Notes: generated by a model from the letters alone, not told the origin. A stretch of DNA of 64,000 nucleotides from Nanobdellota archaeon (GCA_021817165.1 JAKAVT010000004.1:1757-65756), one strand, 5' to 3'. Counted from the first letter of the stretch, positions 27,116 to 37,089 are shown. Made by a program: numbers and translations.

Positions 27116-28093
27116 TTAATAATTTTTGTAGAAATTTATTGCATAATCTAAAAGTTTTATATCAGTAAATTGTGTATAAAGTAAAATTAAACCATTATCT
27201 AAAAACTTAAATTTATTAAAACCTAGGGCAATGTGATCATCTATAAGATTATTAGTAGTAGATATATCTAAAAACCTAGGCTGGATATAAGAAAACCAGT
27301 ACTTTTTATCAATTCCAAATTTTTTAGGGTCTAATAAAATTTCATTACGCTTTAAATATTCTGTATTTGAGGATAAATTAGAATAAAAATAAATTTCATC
27401 CTGGGTTAACTTCATTTTTAGGAGAACTAAATAAGAAAAAATCCTCTTTAATCCGTGATATCTTCTTTTTAATTCAGAAAAGGTTGTAACTCCTCTACCT
27501 TTTATACCATAGGTTGTATTTTTGTATAATCTGCGCAAAAACTTTATAAAATGTTTTTCGTATCGCTTGTCTCTGTTACCAGAAATTATATAGTTCTTTG
27601 AAACCATAATAGTTGGGAAGTAAACTTTAATCCCTTTACTAATGGCCCTTGCCCAAAATTCTAAATCTTCATAAGTATTCATGTCTCTCCATGGCATTAA
27701 TCTATCGGCAGTAGCCCTATCCATGAACCCGAAAGGTAGCATTGTACCTGTTTCATATTTTTCTGCAAACGAATTTATTATTTTTGAGAAAATAGGCAAG
27801 TAAATGGTATCTAAATCTACATAGAAAGTATATTTACCAGTGGTATTTCGGTATGCTTCGGTTCTTCCGATTCCTTTTGTACATTTCATCTGTATTACAC
27901 GAAAATTTTTGAATTTTTTGGAATAATCTTTAAGAACCTCAAAAGTGCCATCTGTAGACAAGTTATCTACTATAACGAATTCATAATCTTTATTAAAATC
28001 AAACTGTGACGTTAAAGATTTTAAACAATCTTCTATTGCAAATATAGAGTTATATACAGTCCCGTATATACTTATTTTAACTTCTGATTCCAT
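27116..28093 (-). CDS. Glycosyltransferase family 2 (paralog of 26123..27094)
   Basis: SIYGTVYNS, VDNLSTDGT, KGIGR, VDLD; shares PFGFMDR and LLDP.K.GI.K.YW with the paralog. Confidence 0.88.
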   Translation of the reverse strand: MESEVKISIYGTVYNSIFAIEDCLKSLTSQFDFNKDYEFVIVDNLSTDGTFEVLKDYSKKFKNFRVIQMKCTKGIGRTEAYRNTTGKYTFYVDLDTIYLPIFSKIINSFAEKYETGTMLPFGFMDRATADRLMPWRDMNTYEDLEFWARAISKGIKVYFPTIMVSKNYIISGNRDKRYEKHFIKFLRRLYKNTTYGIKGRGVTTFSELKRRYHGLKRIFSYLVLLKMKLTQDEIYFYSNLSSNTEYLKRNEILLDPKKFGIDKKYWFSYIQPRFLDISTTNNLIDDHIALGFNKFKFLDNGLILLYTQFTDIKLLDYAINFYKNY

Positions 28094-28096
28094 ATA

Positions 28097-28966
28097 TCAC
28101 ATTCTTTTCTTATATTCATAATTAAAATATATTAAACCATTAAAATCCCGTAATAACCTAACATAGGAATTTCCAAGTGAGCTACCAACTATATCTTCAA
28201 TAGGCAGGTCTATAGGCACTAATTTTACAGTGGAATTTTCTAACCATATTAATAAATCCTCGCAGCTATTTATAGAGATCTCATCAAAAACAAACCCATT
28301 TTTACTAGATAAGAATTCTTGAGAAAACACTAAGAATGCACTATTTAGGGGTATAGCGGCAATTTTTTTATAAAGAAGTCTATCAAAAAATTTGTGACGA
28401 TAAGTTCTACCGAAGTATAAAACTTCAAACTTTGATAATATATGACTTATATGACGCCTTTTAAGGCTATTAAAAATTTTAAAGAAAAATGTTGATTTTA
28501 CGAAGTAATAATCATGAAAATGCCCAGTATTCGTTGCTTTGACAGAGATTATGTCCCCAGCCACATTAAATAATTTATCTTTTAATAATTTTGTACTTCC
28601 TATTCTTGTTATGTCATCGTTTGACAAAACTATCCATTTTGGATTGTACTTCAAAGCGTACTTTAAACCGAAATTACAACTTCTTGCATAGTTGAAAAAA
28701 GGACCATTGCTTTCAACGAATATTATCTGCTGTCCTTTGAATATATTTTCGACGCAATTTTTAGCAAGTTTGCCATTATGATCTGCAGTAGGTATAACAA
28801 CCACTATGTCCTTCTCACCCTCTACTTCATAGATTTTCATTGGAGCACTTGGCCTGTTCTTCATCCAGTCTATTAACTGCTCTGGAGTGTCAAAATGATC
28901 ATAGAATTTTATTACGTCTTCTACGTTCTTGCTGGTAAAAAGGCTATTCAATTCGTCTAATTCCAC
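28097..28966 (-). CDS. GT-A fold glycosyltransferase-like protein
   Basis: VVVIPT, FNYARSCNFG, LSNDD, FDE..IN..ED; GTG start. Confidence 0.75.
   Translation of the reverse strand: MELDELNSLFTSKNVEDVIKFYDHFDTPEQLIDWMKNRPSAPMKIYEVEGEKDIVVVIPTADHNGKLAKNCVENIFKGQQIIFVESNGPFFNYARSCNFGLKYALKYNPKWIVLSNDDITRIGSTKLLKDKLFNVAGDIISVKATNTGHFHDYYFVKSTFFFKIFNSLKRRHISHILSKFEVLYFGRTYRHKFFDRLLYKKIAAIPLNSAFLVFSQEFLSSKNGFVFDEISINSCEDLLIWLENSTVKLVPIDLPIEDIVGSSLGNSYVRLLRDFNGLIYFNYEYKKRM
28890..28950. repeat. 61-bp exact direct repeat, copy 1 (5' end of GT paralog)
   Basis: TCAAAATGATCATAGAATTTTATTACGTCTTCTACGTTCTTGCTGGTAAAAAGGCTATTCA is identical to 31144-31204, within about 350 bp of high similarity. Confidence 0.9.
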
Positions 28967-29039
28967 ATTTAATATGTACTATTTATGGTTTATATAGGAT
29001 TTTAGAAAAAGTTATAAACAAGAACTTCGAAGTACTCTA

Positions 29040-30266
29040 ATGATAATTAAACAAAATTGTGCGGCGTGTGGAGGCAAAAATCTAATAAGTGCACTTAATT
29101 TGGGAGAATTGCCTAATTCTAACGAATTTGTTTACAAAAAAGATTTAAAAAACATTAGATATTGGCCATTGCATTACTATTGGTGTGAGGATTGTGGGCT
29201 ATTTCAGCAACTTGAACTAGTGGACAGCAAAACACTATTCAGAGATAATTACACCTATCAAACTGGTGTAAATTTACCAGGGGTAATACATTTTAGAAAG
29301 TTATCAAAAACTCTTAAAAAAGATTTAGTGGGAGAGGATAACTTTGCTATAGTTATTGGATCAAATGATGGTACTGAATTGCAACTTCTTAAAGAAGCTG
29401 AATTCAAAAGAGTACTGGGTATAGAACCTGCAAAAAACATCGCCAAAATCGCTAATAAAAAAGGTTTAGAAACAATAAACAAATTTTTTACAGAAAAACT
29501 GAGTAAAGAGCTAATTAAAAGATACGGTAAAGCAGATTTAATAACAGCAAATAACGTTTTTGCGCATATCCCCGACCCTAAAGATATGATGTTGGGAATG
29601 AAAAACCTGTTAAAACCCAATGGAGAAATAACTATAGAAGTGCAATGGTTTAAAGATGTTATCAGAAAAAATTCTATTGATACTCTTTATAGTGAACATT
29701 ATTATGAATGGACAATTAAAGCTATGATAAGTTTAGCTAAAAGATGCGGATTAAATGTTGTTAAAGTAGTACCTCTCCCAAAACAACAGGGTGGCTCAAT
29801 AAGATTCTATCTAAAATTAAAGGGTAAAACTGATAGAAGACTAGAAATTTTAGAAAGAAGGGGGGGAGTATACAATAAAAAAAGAGTACTTGCCATGCGA
29901 GAAAAAACTGAAAAAAGGAGAATAAAATTAATTAAATTATTAAGGAAGCTAAAAGCTGAGAATAGTATTATAGATATATGGGCAGTGCCTGCAAAAGTTT
30001 CAACAGTATTAAATTTTTCGGGAATAAACTCAAAATTGATAGATTGCGCATTTGATTCCACACCAACAAAAATTAATAGATATATACCAATGGCGGGAAT
30101 AAAAATATTTGATGAAAAACTACTAAACCCCAATATGACAAACAAACCAGATTATTTAATAATCGGAGCATGGAATTATCTGGATTTTGCTAAAAATAAG
30201 CTGAGTTGGTTTACAGATAATGGTGGAAAACTTATAAACTTATTAAATGCAAAAATAATAAATTAA
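29040..30266 (+). CDS. NDP-sugar C-methyltransferase-like class I SAM methyltransferase
   Basis: Zn-binding CAACG...CEDCGLFQ, IGSNDGT, LGIEPA, ANNVFAH, DTLYSEH, GGSIR, PAK, PDYLIIGAWN. Confidence 0.85.
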   Translation: MIIKQNCAACGGKNLISALNLGELPNSNEFVYKKDLKNIRYWPLHYYWCEDCGLFQQLELVDSKTLFRDNYTYQTGVNLPGVIHFRKLSKTLKKDLVGEDNFAIVIGSNDGTELQLLKEAEFKRVLGIEPAKNIAKIANKKGLETINKFFTEKLSKELIKRYGKADLITANNVFAHIPDPKDMMLGMKNLLKPNGEITIEVQWFKDVIRKNSIDTLYSEHYYEWTIKAMISLAKRCGLNVVKVVPLPKQQGGSIRFYLKLKGKTDRRLEILERRGGVYNKKRVLAMREKTEKRRIKLIKLLRKLKAENSIIDIWAVPAKVSTVLNFSGINSKLIDCAFDSTPTKINRYIPMAGIKIFDEKLLNPNMTNKPDYLIIGAWNYLDFAKNKLSWFTDNGGKLINLLNAKIIN

Positions 30267-30326
30267 TAATTAGTAACCCTCATATTTTCAGAATACTCCA
30301 CAAAATTCAAGCTATGTAATGACTAA

Positions 30327-31226
30327 TCAATTATTTTTTAATAGATAGTTTAAATAAACCAGATTTATGAAACTTCTTGTTTTGTGTTGTTTGCTAGTCC
30401 CTAAACTACCATTCATAATAGAGCCTATTTTGAAAGGTAATGGGGCCTTCTCAATTTTACGTATTTCATAAGATAAGTAAACATCCTCTTCACCATTTAT
30501 GAAAAGGGGGTTAAAAAAGTAGCCTCTCTGCTTAAATAGATTATAAACAAAATCAGAACGAAATATGGCAAAATCTGCGACATTCAAAAAAGAGTAAACC
30601 TTTTTATAAAGTTTTGGATGTTTTCTTGTAGCTGGTCTAAATGTCAAATATTTTGCTGAAAATTTCTTCCTTAATCTTAGGTATTGGTACTCATAACCTC
30701 TAAATATATACTTAAAAATGACTTCTCTAAAGAAAGAGGGTTTTGTCACCCATATCTCAGAAGAATGACAATGTTCTGGCAATTCGCTAACAGAACAAAC
30801 GTCCGTTGAAACGCTAACTAAATTAAGTTGCTTCTTAAGAAGTTTAATATCATCAATCTTATACATATCATCATTACTAATTATTATCCACTTAGGTTTA
30901 TATTTAAGAGAATACTTTATTCCATAGTTACAACTCCTTGCAAAATTAAAGAATGGCCCATTGCTCTCTACAAATACAATCTGCTGTCCTTTGAATATAT
31001 TATTAGCGCAGTTCTTTGCAAACTCCCCTTCGTGATTCGCAGTAGGTATAACAACAACTATGTCCTTTTCTCCCTCAACCTCATAGATTTTCATCGGAGC
31101 ACTTGGCCTGTTCTTCATCCATTCTATCAGCTGTTCTGCCGTATCAAAATGATCATAGAATTTTATTACGTCTTCTACGTTCTTGCTGGTAAAAAGGCTA
31201 TTCAGTTCATCTAATTCTTCTGTCAT
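30327..31226 (-). CDS. GT-A fold glycosyltransferase-like protein (paralog of 28097..28966)
   Basis: N-terminal ~120 aa nearly identical to 28097..28966; ISNDD, FINGEED. Confidence 0.75.
   Translation of the reverse strand: MTEELDELNSLFTSKNVEDVIKFYDHFDTAEQLIEWMKNRPSAPMKIYEVEGEKDIVVVIPTANHEGEFAKNCANNIFKGQQIVFVESNGPFFNFARSCNYGIKYSLKYKPKWIIISNDDMYKIDDIKLLKKQLNLVSVSTDVCSVSELPEHCHSSEIWVTKPSFFREVIFKYIFRGYEYQYLRLRKKFSAKYLTFRPATRKHPKLYKKVYSFLNVADFAIFRSDFVYNLFKQRGYFFNPLFINGEEDVYLSYEIRKIEKAPLPFKIGSIMNGSLGTSKQHKTRSFINLVYLNYLLKNN
31144..31204. repeat. 61-bp exact direct repeat, copy 2
   Basis: Identical to 28890-28950. Confidence 0.9.
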
Positions 31227-31271
31227 AAATCAAAAGATACATTATTTAAGTATTTAAACATAAAATATTAA

Positions 31272-31826
31272 ATGGCATTTGAATTCAAAAGATTAGAAAT
31301 ACCTGACGTTATCATTATAACTCCAAAGGCATTTTCCGATGAAAGGGGCTTTTTCATGGAAAGCTATAAGGAATCAGAATTCAAAGAAAACGGCATAAAC
31401 TTTGAATTCAAGCAGGATAACCATTCAAAATCCTCAAAAAACGTGCTTAGGGGTTTGCATTATCAATTAGACCCACATGCTCAGGGCAAACTTGTAAGAG
31501 TCATCACCGGAAAGATATTTGATGTAGCGGTTGACATACGAAAAGGTTCTCCAACATTTGGAAAGTGGGTCTCTGCTGAACTCTCTGAAGATAACAAGAA
31601 GATGCTTTGGATTCCGCCAGGATTTGCACATGGCTTTTTATCACTTGAAGACAACACAAATGTACTTTACAAGTCTACAAATGAGTACAACAAGGAAAGT
31701 GAACGTGGCATATCGTGGAATGATCCTGAGATAGGCATAAAATGGCCGATAAATAATCCCGTATTATCAGATAAGGACAAAAAGCACCCTATTTTAAAGG
31801 AAGCAGACATAAATTTTAATTATTAA
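31272..31826 (+). CDS. rmlC: dTDP-4-dehydrorhamnose 3,5-epimerase
   Basis: DERGFFME, QDNHSKS, VLRGLHYQ, DVAVDIRKGSPTFG, GFAHGF. Confidence 0.96.
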   Translation: MAFEFKRLEIPDVIIITPKAFSDERGFFMESYKESEFKENGINFEFKQDNHSKSSKNVLRGLHYQLDPHAQGKLVRVITGKIFDVAVDIRKGSPTFGKWVSAELSEDNKKMLWIPPGFAHGFLSLEDNTNVLYKSTNEYNKESERGISWNDPEIGIKWPINNPVLSDKDKKHPILKEADINFNY

Positions 31827-31849
31827 TTCAATAAATCACAGAATACTCT

Positions 31850-32815
31850 ATGAAACTAATCGTTACTGGTGGATACGGATTTATAGGCTCTAACTTCATC
31901 CTTTACTGGCTGAAAAAACACAAAAAAGACGAGATAATCAATGTAGACAAGTTGACTTATGCTGCAGACCCTGACAATCTAAAAGACTTAAGTGAAAATG
32001 CAAAATACACATTTATAAACGGTGATATAGCAGACAAGGAATTCGTAGAAAGAACGTTTAAGGATGCCGATGCAATAATAAACTTTGCAGCTGAATCGCA
32101 CGTTGACAATTCAATAAAAGATTCTAGCTTGTTTATATCCTCTAATATTGTAGGTGTACACAACATACTTGAAACCGTCCGTAAAACGGGCATACGTTTC
32201 CACCAGATATCAACAGATGAAGTTTATGGCTCTTTGCCTTTGAACTCAAAGGAAAAATTCAATGAAAATTCAAAATATAATCCAAGGAATCCTTACTCTG
32301 CTACAAAAGCGGCTGCTGATTTTTTAGTTAAAGCATATTACAACACGTATAAATTACCCGTAACTATATCTAACTGCAGCAACAATTATGGGATTAACCA
32401 GCATCCTGAAAAGTTAATACCAAAAACGATACTAAATGCCTATTTAGATGAGAATATACCTGTTTACGGCAATGGCAAACAGATAAGAGACTGGATTTTT
32501 GTTGAAGACCATTGCTCTGCTATCGAATCAATAATACAAAAAGGAGTATATGGAGAAACTTATCTAGTTGGTGAAAACGGGGAAAAAAGAAACATTGAGG
32601 TTATAAGAACGATACTAAAAACGATGAAAAAGCCGGATTCACTGATGAAGTTTATAGAGGACAGGCCGGGACACGACGTTAGGTACGCCATAGATTCTAG
32701 AAAAATTCAAAAGGAATTGAAGTGGAAACCTAAATTTTCGTTTGAAAAAGGGATAAAAATTACTATAGAGCACTATCTCAAAAACAAGGAAAGATACTTA
32801 AAAAAGATGAGTTAA
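31850..32815 (+). CDS. rmlB: dTDP-glucose 4,6-dehydratase
   Basis: TGGYGFIGSNF, DKLTYA, AAESHVD, ISTDEVYG, YSATK, DRPGHD.RY. Confidence 0.96.
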   Translation: MKLIVTGGYGFIGSNFILYWLKKHKKDEIINVDKLTYAADPDNLKDLSENAKYTFINGDIADKEFVERTFKDADAIINFAAESHVDNSIKDSSLFISSNIVGVHNILETVRKTGIRFHQISTDEVYGSLPLNSKEKFNENSKYNPRNPYSATKAAADFLVKAYYNTYKLPVTISNCSNNYGINQHPEKLIPKTILNAYLDENIPVYGNGKQIRDWIFVEDHCSAIESIIQKGVYGETYLVGENGEKRNIEVIRTILKTMKKPDSLMKFIEDRPGHDVRYAIDSRKIQKELKWKPKFSFEKGIKITIEHYLKNKERYLKKMS

Positions 32816-32816
32816 A

Positions 32817-33665
32817 ATGAAAACTTTAGTTCTGGGTGGAAGTGGATTTGTAGGCTATTACCTCGCTAAACATTTCAATGCTACCTCTGCATCTGCTCAT
32901 CAGAAAGAAGGCTACGTAAAGCTTGACATAACCGATAAAGAGGAAGTTTCTAAAGTATTAAATAAAATTAAGCCGGAGCTTATAATAAATTCTGCTGCAA
33001 TTGCAGACGTTGACCTTTGCGAGAAGGAAAAGGAAACGGCTATGCTTGTCAACGGCTATGCTGTTGAATGGCTTTCTTCCCTATCAAAGGAGATAGGAGC
33101 AAAATTTGTCCAGATTTCTACGGATTATGTATTTGACGGCTTGACTGGGAACTACAAGGAAGATGATACTCCAAATCCAATAAATGAATACGGCAAAAGT
33201 AAATTAATTGGTGAAGAAAACGCACTGAAAAATGATGCAATTGTATTAAGAATAGAGATGCCTTATGGTATTAACGTTGCAAAAAACAAGAATGTGTTCT
33301 TTGAATCTGTAATAAATAACCTCAAAGAGGGAAAAACTGTAAATGCAGCTTTGGACCAGATAATCTCTCCGACCTTTGTTGAAGATATACCAAAAGCAGT
33401 AGAAGTGTTAGTTAAAAAAGGAGCTAACGGGATATTTCACATGGCTTCAAAAGAGCACTTTAGCAGGTTTGAATTTGTAAACATTATAGCAGATGTTTTC
33501 AATTTTGACAAAACTATTATAAAGCCTGTGAAATTAGCAGACTTTAAAATGCTGGCTAAAAGGCCGAAGAATACTTTTCTGAACATCGATAAAATCTCCA
33601 AATTCTATGAGATAAAGCCGCTTAAAGAAAACCTGGAAAAAATAAAGACTGGAATGCTTATTTAA
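32817..33665 (+). CDS. rmlD: dTDP-4-dehydrorhamnose reductase
   Basis: GGSGFVG, VDLCE, ISTDYVFDG, YGKSK, SPTFV, RP. Confidence 0.92.
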   Translation: MKTLVLGGSGFVGYYLAKHFNATSASAHQKEGYVKLDITDKEEVSKVLNKIKPELIINSAAIADVDLCEKEKETAMLVNGYAVEWLSSLSKEIGAKFVQISTDYVFDGLTGNYKEDDTPNPINEYGKSKLIGEENALKNDAIVLRIEMPYGINVAKNKNVFFESVINNLKEGKTVNAALDQIISPTFVEDIPKAVEVLVKKGANGIFHMASKEHFSRFEFVNIIADVFNFDKTIIKPVKLADFKMLAKRPKNTFLNIDKISKFYEIKPLKENLEKIKTGMLI

Positions 33666-34378
33666 TTTTTACTTAGTCTTTCCCGCAGTATATTTGATGC
33701 CTCTAGCAGACTTTCAAATGTGCCGGCGTCCAGCCAAGGCTCCTTTAGAAAAGAATGGGATAACTTTCCCTCTTCAAGATACATGTTATTAACGTCTGTT
33801 ATTTCAAGCTCTCCTCTTGCTGATGGCTTTAATCTGCTGATTTTGTCAAATACTGTATTATCATACTGATAAATTCCCGTAACGGCATAATTGGATTTAG
33901 GCTCTTTTGGCTTCTCTTCTATTCTCTTTATTCTTTGGTTTTCATCAAATTCTGGTACGCCGAAACGCTGCGGATCCTTGACTTCTTTTAGAAATACCCT
34001 TGCACCGGAAGTAAAATTACTTACGTGCTCAGAAATATCATCTAGTATTATATTGTCTCCTAAGATTACTGTTATGTTATCATCCTTAACAAATCCCTGA
34101 ACTAATGACAAAGCATGTGCTATTCCGCCGGCTTCATCCTGCAAAGTATAATGAAATCTCGCTCCAAATTCCTTTCCTGAACCCAAAAGATTCATGAAGT
34201 TTCCTGCGTTTTCTTTTCCCGTAACTATTATAATATCCTTTATCCCTGCCGAAACCAATCTTTCTATTGGGTAATATATCATCGGCTTGTTGTAAACCGG
34301 CAGTAAATGCTTGTTTGTAACCTTTGTTAATGGATACAGTCTAGTACCGTTACCTCCTGCAAGAATCACTCCTCTCAT
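33662..34378 (-). CDS. rmlA: Glucose-1-phosphate thymidylyltransferase (short form)
   Basis: ILAGGNGTRLYPLT, KHLLPVY.KPMIYYP, LGDN, EEKP, SARGELEITD, WLDAGT. Confidence 0.95.
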   Translation of the reverse strand: MRGVILAGGNGTRLYPLTKVTNKHLLPVYNKPMIYYPIERLVSAGIKDIIIVTGKENAGNFMNLLGSGKEFGARFHYTLQDEAGGIAHALSLVQGFVKDDNITVILGDNIILDDISEHVSNFTSGARVFLKEVKDPQRFGVPEFDENQRIKRIEEKPKEPKSNYAVTGIYQYDNTVFDKISRLKPSARGELEITDVNNMYLEEGKLSHSFLKEPWLDAGTFESLLEASNILRERLSKN

Positions 34379-34432
34379 TTATATTTAAGACGATATTTGC
34401 TTTATAAATATTAATATTAGATAAAAACTCTT

Positions 34433-35359
34433 CTATTTTGAGGCATATATTGTTCCATGGCTGGAAAGGTCAAATCTAAGTTGATTGTGCTTAAATATTA
34501 TGACATTCTTGAATCCATAATCCTTAAGTTTATCTAATAAGTACTTAAGAGTCTTAGACTTGTCTTTTAGCAGATATGGTGAGTATTCTAATCTTACCAA
34601 TTTAAACCTGGATACAGCTTTATCGTTGATAACATCGAATTCTGATCCCTTTATATCAAGGTCAAGCAGGTATGGATGATGAATGTTCATTTCTTTTAGC
34701 AAAGTTTTAATGGATTTTGATGGCGTTGTTATGTAAGCATTTGTTTTATTAAATAATGATGAACCGCCGCTAGATTTAGACGAAGGAAAATCTACTTTTC
34801 CATCTCTGCCTATAGCATATCTTTTTAAAACAATTTTATTTGCTAGCTTTTGATTTAATTTTATATTTTGTTTTGCCAATGCAAATGACTTTGTATCTGG
34901 TTCAAATGCATATACTTTTGCACCAAAATAAGCATAATATAAAGGAGTATCTCCGATAAATGCACCAGCAGTAACAACAATCTTATTTGCTAAATCGTGA
35001 CTAGAAAAATGAATTTGCCTTAGGAAAGTTTCAGAAAAGATAAGCGGGTCGAAATTCTGAAGATATAATTTTAAGCCTTGATGAGTTTGTATGATGTTAT
35101 TATTTAATAATTTCCATTGACCTGGCTCATCGCCTAATCTGATTCCTTCGGCTAAAAGAAAATAGACGAAATTAAATATATCTTTTTTATTTTCTTCATT
35201 AAATTTTACTGAATTTCCATCTGTTAGTTTTATAACACCGCTTTGAAATATCTTTACCCAAGGATTTTCTATAGTATACTTTTTCCCCTCTACGGTTTTT
35301 GTAACAAGAGTTTTCTGACGGGAAACTGCATTAATAAATCTATTTTTCAATCTAAACAT
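34433..35359 (-). CDS. FkbM-family SAM methyltransferase
   Basis: AGAFIGDTPLYYA..GAKVYAFEP, LDIKGSE, LEY. Confidence 0.8.
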   Translation of the reverse strand: MFRLKNRFINAVSRQKTLVTKTVEGKKYTIENPWVKIFQSGVIKLTDGNSVKFNEENKKDIFNFVYFLLAEGIRLGDEPGQWKLLNNNIIQTHQGLKLYLQNFDPLIFSETFLRQIHFSSHDLANKIVVTAGAFIGDTPLYYAYFGAKVYAFEPDTKSFALAKQNIKLNQKLANKIVLKRYAIGRDGKVDFPSSKSSGGSSLFNKTNAYITTPSKSIKTLLKEMNIHHPYLLDLDIKGSEFDVINDKAVSRFKLVRLEYSPYLLKDKSKTLKYLLDKLKDYGFKNVIIFKHNQLRFDLSSHGTIYASK

Positions 35360-35618
35360 AATATAACTTTATGCAATAATTAGTATTTAAATCAATTTTA
35401 TGTATACTTTAAGTAACGAATTTATTTTTCGAATAATTTCAATTGTTTACTTAACTGCTTATTATGAGAATGTTTCTGTTCCATGGATATTTACAGTTTC
35501 ACTACTAATCATAAGCACAAAATTCAACTTGGCAGATTAAAGCTATATATGAAAATATCTTATTGTTAATAAAATTGATAACTATAAGATATTTATATAA
35601 AGAGAGGCTAAAACTATT

Positions 35619-36314
35619 ATGAACACGTACGAGATAGCAAAAGAACTAGGAAAGAGGGATAAAAAAGTCTTTTCATTGGCAGAATTGGCCGTTTTGACCG
35701 GTTTAAACCAAAGAAGCGCAAGCGTATTACTAAACAGGATGGCTAAAAAGCAGCTTGTCTACAAAATAGAAAGGGGAAAATTCTCGTTAACCGATGATCC
35801 ATTTATCTTAGCATCAAATGTCATTTATCCCGCATATTTATCGTTCAGTTCCGCCTTTTACGTGTATGGTTTACTTGAGCAGGTCATAGACAAGATATAC
35901 GTAGCGACTTCCAGGAAAACGAAAAACAGAAATTTTAACGGAACTGAGGTTATTTTCGTAAAGATACCTGAAAAGCTAATGTTCGGCTTTAAAAAGACTG
36001 CTTATGCCGGTGGAATAATAGCTATAGCGGAGAAAGAGAAGGCATTTGTGGATTCGCTTGCTTACACAAGATATGTAAGGATTAACTTCTTAAATTCAAT
36101 AATTGGGGAAATGGACAAAAAATTGCTTGAGGAATATGCAGATATGGCAAAAATTGAGGCCGTAAGGAGGCGTTTGGGCTTTCTCCTTGAAAAAAATGGC
36201 ATTGAAACTAGGATAAAAGCAAACGGAAAAACGGTGTATAAGTTAAACCCCTCTATAAAGAGCAAAGGTATTTTAAATCCCAGATGGAAATTGTACGTGA
36301 ATGAGGAATTATGA
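35619..36314 (+). CDS. Type IV TA antitoxin, AbiEi family
   Basis: N-terminal wHTH (IERGKF), PAYLSF.SA...YGL..Q, FGF, EKAFVD, RRLGFL. Confidence 0.85.
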   Translation: MNTYEIAKELGKRDKKVFSLAELAVLTGLNQRSASVLLNRMAKKQLVYKIERGKFSLTDDPFILASNVIYPAYLSFSSAFYVYGLLEQVIDKIYVATSRKTKNRNFNGTEVIFVKIPEKLMFGFKKTAYAGGIIAIAEKEKAFVDSLAYTRYVRINFLNSIIGEMDKKLLEEYADMAKIEAVRRRLGFLLEKNGIETRIKANGKTVYKLNPSIKSKGILNPRWKLYVNEEL

Positions 36315-37066
36315 TAAGCAAGGAAACATTGACAGAAATCGCAAAGATGGAAGGATTAAAACCTTACCAGGAAGAGAAAAAATACATACAGATGCTTGTG
36401 CTAAAGGCAATGTCCAATTCAACTTATCTTGTATTCAAAGGAGGAACCGCTCTCTTTCTTTTATACGGATTAAACAGATTCAGTGAGGACCTTGATTTCA
36501 CCGCTGTTTCTGGCTTAGACTTTCCAGGGCTTTTAAAAGAGATATCTGCTTCTCTTCAACTAATGAACGTAAGAAATGAAACCAAAGAATTTGACAGCAT
36601 TTCCGGTTTTAGCGGAAGAATAAAGGCGTATGGGCCGTTGAATTCAAATGAAAGGGATGCGTGCTTTGTAAAAATAGATATAAGTACTATGGAAAAAATT
36701 TCGTTGAAATCGGACCTTAAAGAGATAAACAGCAACTTCCCTGATTTACTGCCTTTTTCTGTGCAGGTAATGAATGAAGCAGAGATATTATCAGAAAAGA
36801 TCAGAGCAGTGATAACAAGAAATCAGGCAAGAGATGTATATGATCTTTACTTTCTTTTAAAAAAGGGCGTAAAATTTGACCTTTCGCTTTCAAACAAAAA
36901 GCTTGAATACTACAAACTAAAGTTTTCAATGGAATTGCTGGACAAAAGCCTTGAAAGGAAAAAAGAGATATGGAAACAGGAGCTTAATCCGATATTGATT
37001 GGAAAGATACCTGATTTTGAGGATGTAAAATCACTTGTAATTGACAAAGTAAAAAACAATAATTAA
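36311..37066 (+). CDS. Type IV TA toxin, AbiEii/AbiGii nucleotidyltransferase
   Basis: VFKGGTAL...YGLNRFSEDLDF, EKIRA..R..ARDVYDL; ATGA overlap with the antitoxin. Confidence 0.92.
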   Translation: MISKETLTEIAKMEGLKPYQEEKKYIQMLVLKAMSNSTYLVFKGGTALFLLYGLNRFSEDLDFTAVSGLDFPGLLKEISASLQLMNVRNETKEFDSISGFSGRIKAYGPLNSNERDACFVKIDISTMEKISLKSDLKEINSNFPDLLPFSVQVMNEAEILSEKIRAVITRNQARDVYDLYFLLKKGVKFDLSLSNKKLEYYKLKFSMELLDKSLERKKEIWKQELNPILIGKIPDFEDVKSLVIDKVKNNN

Positions 37067-37089
37067 AAGGACTTACCTCAAAAATTCAT

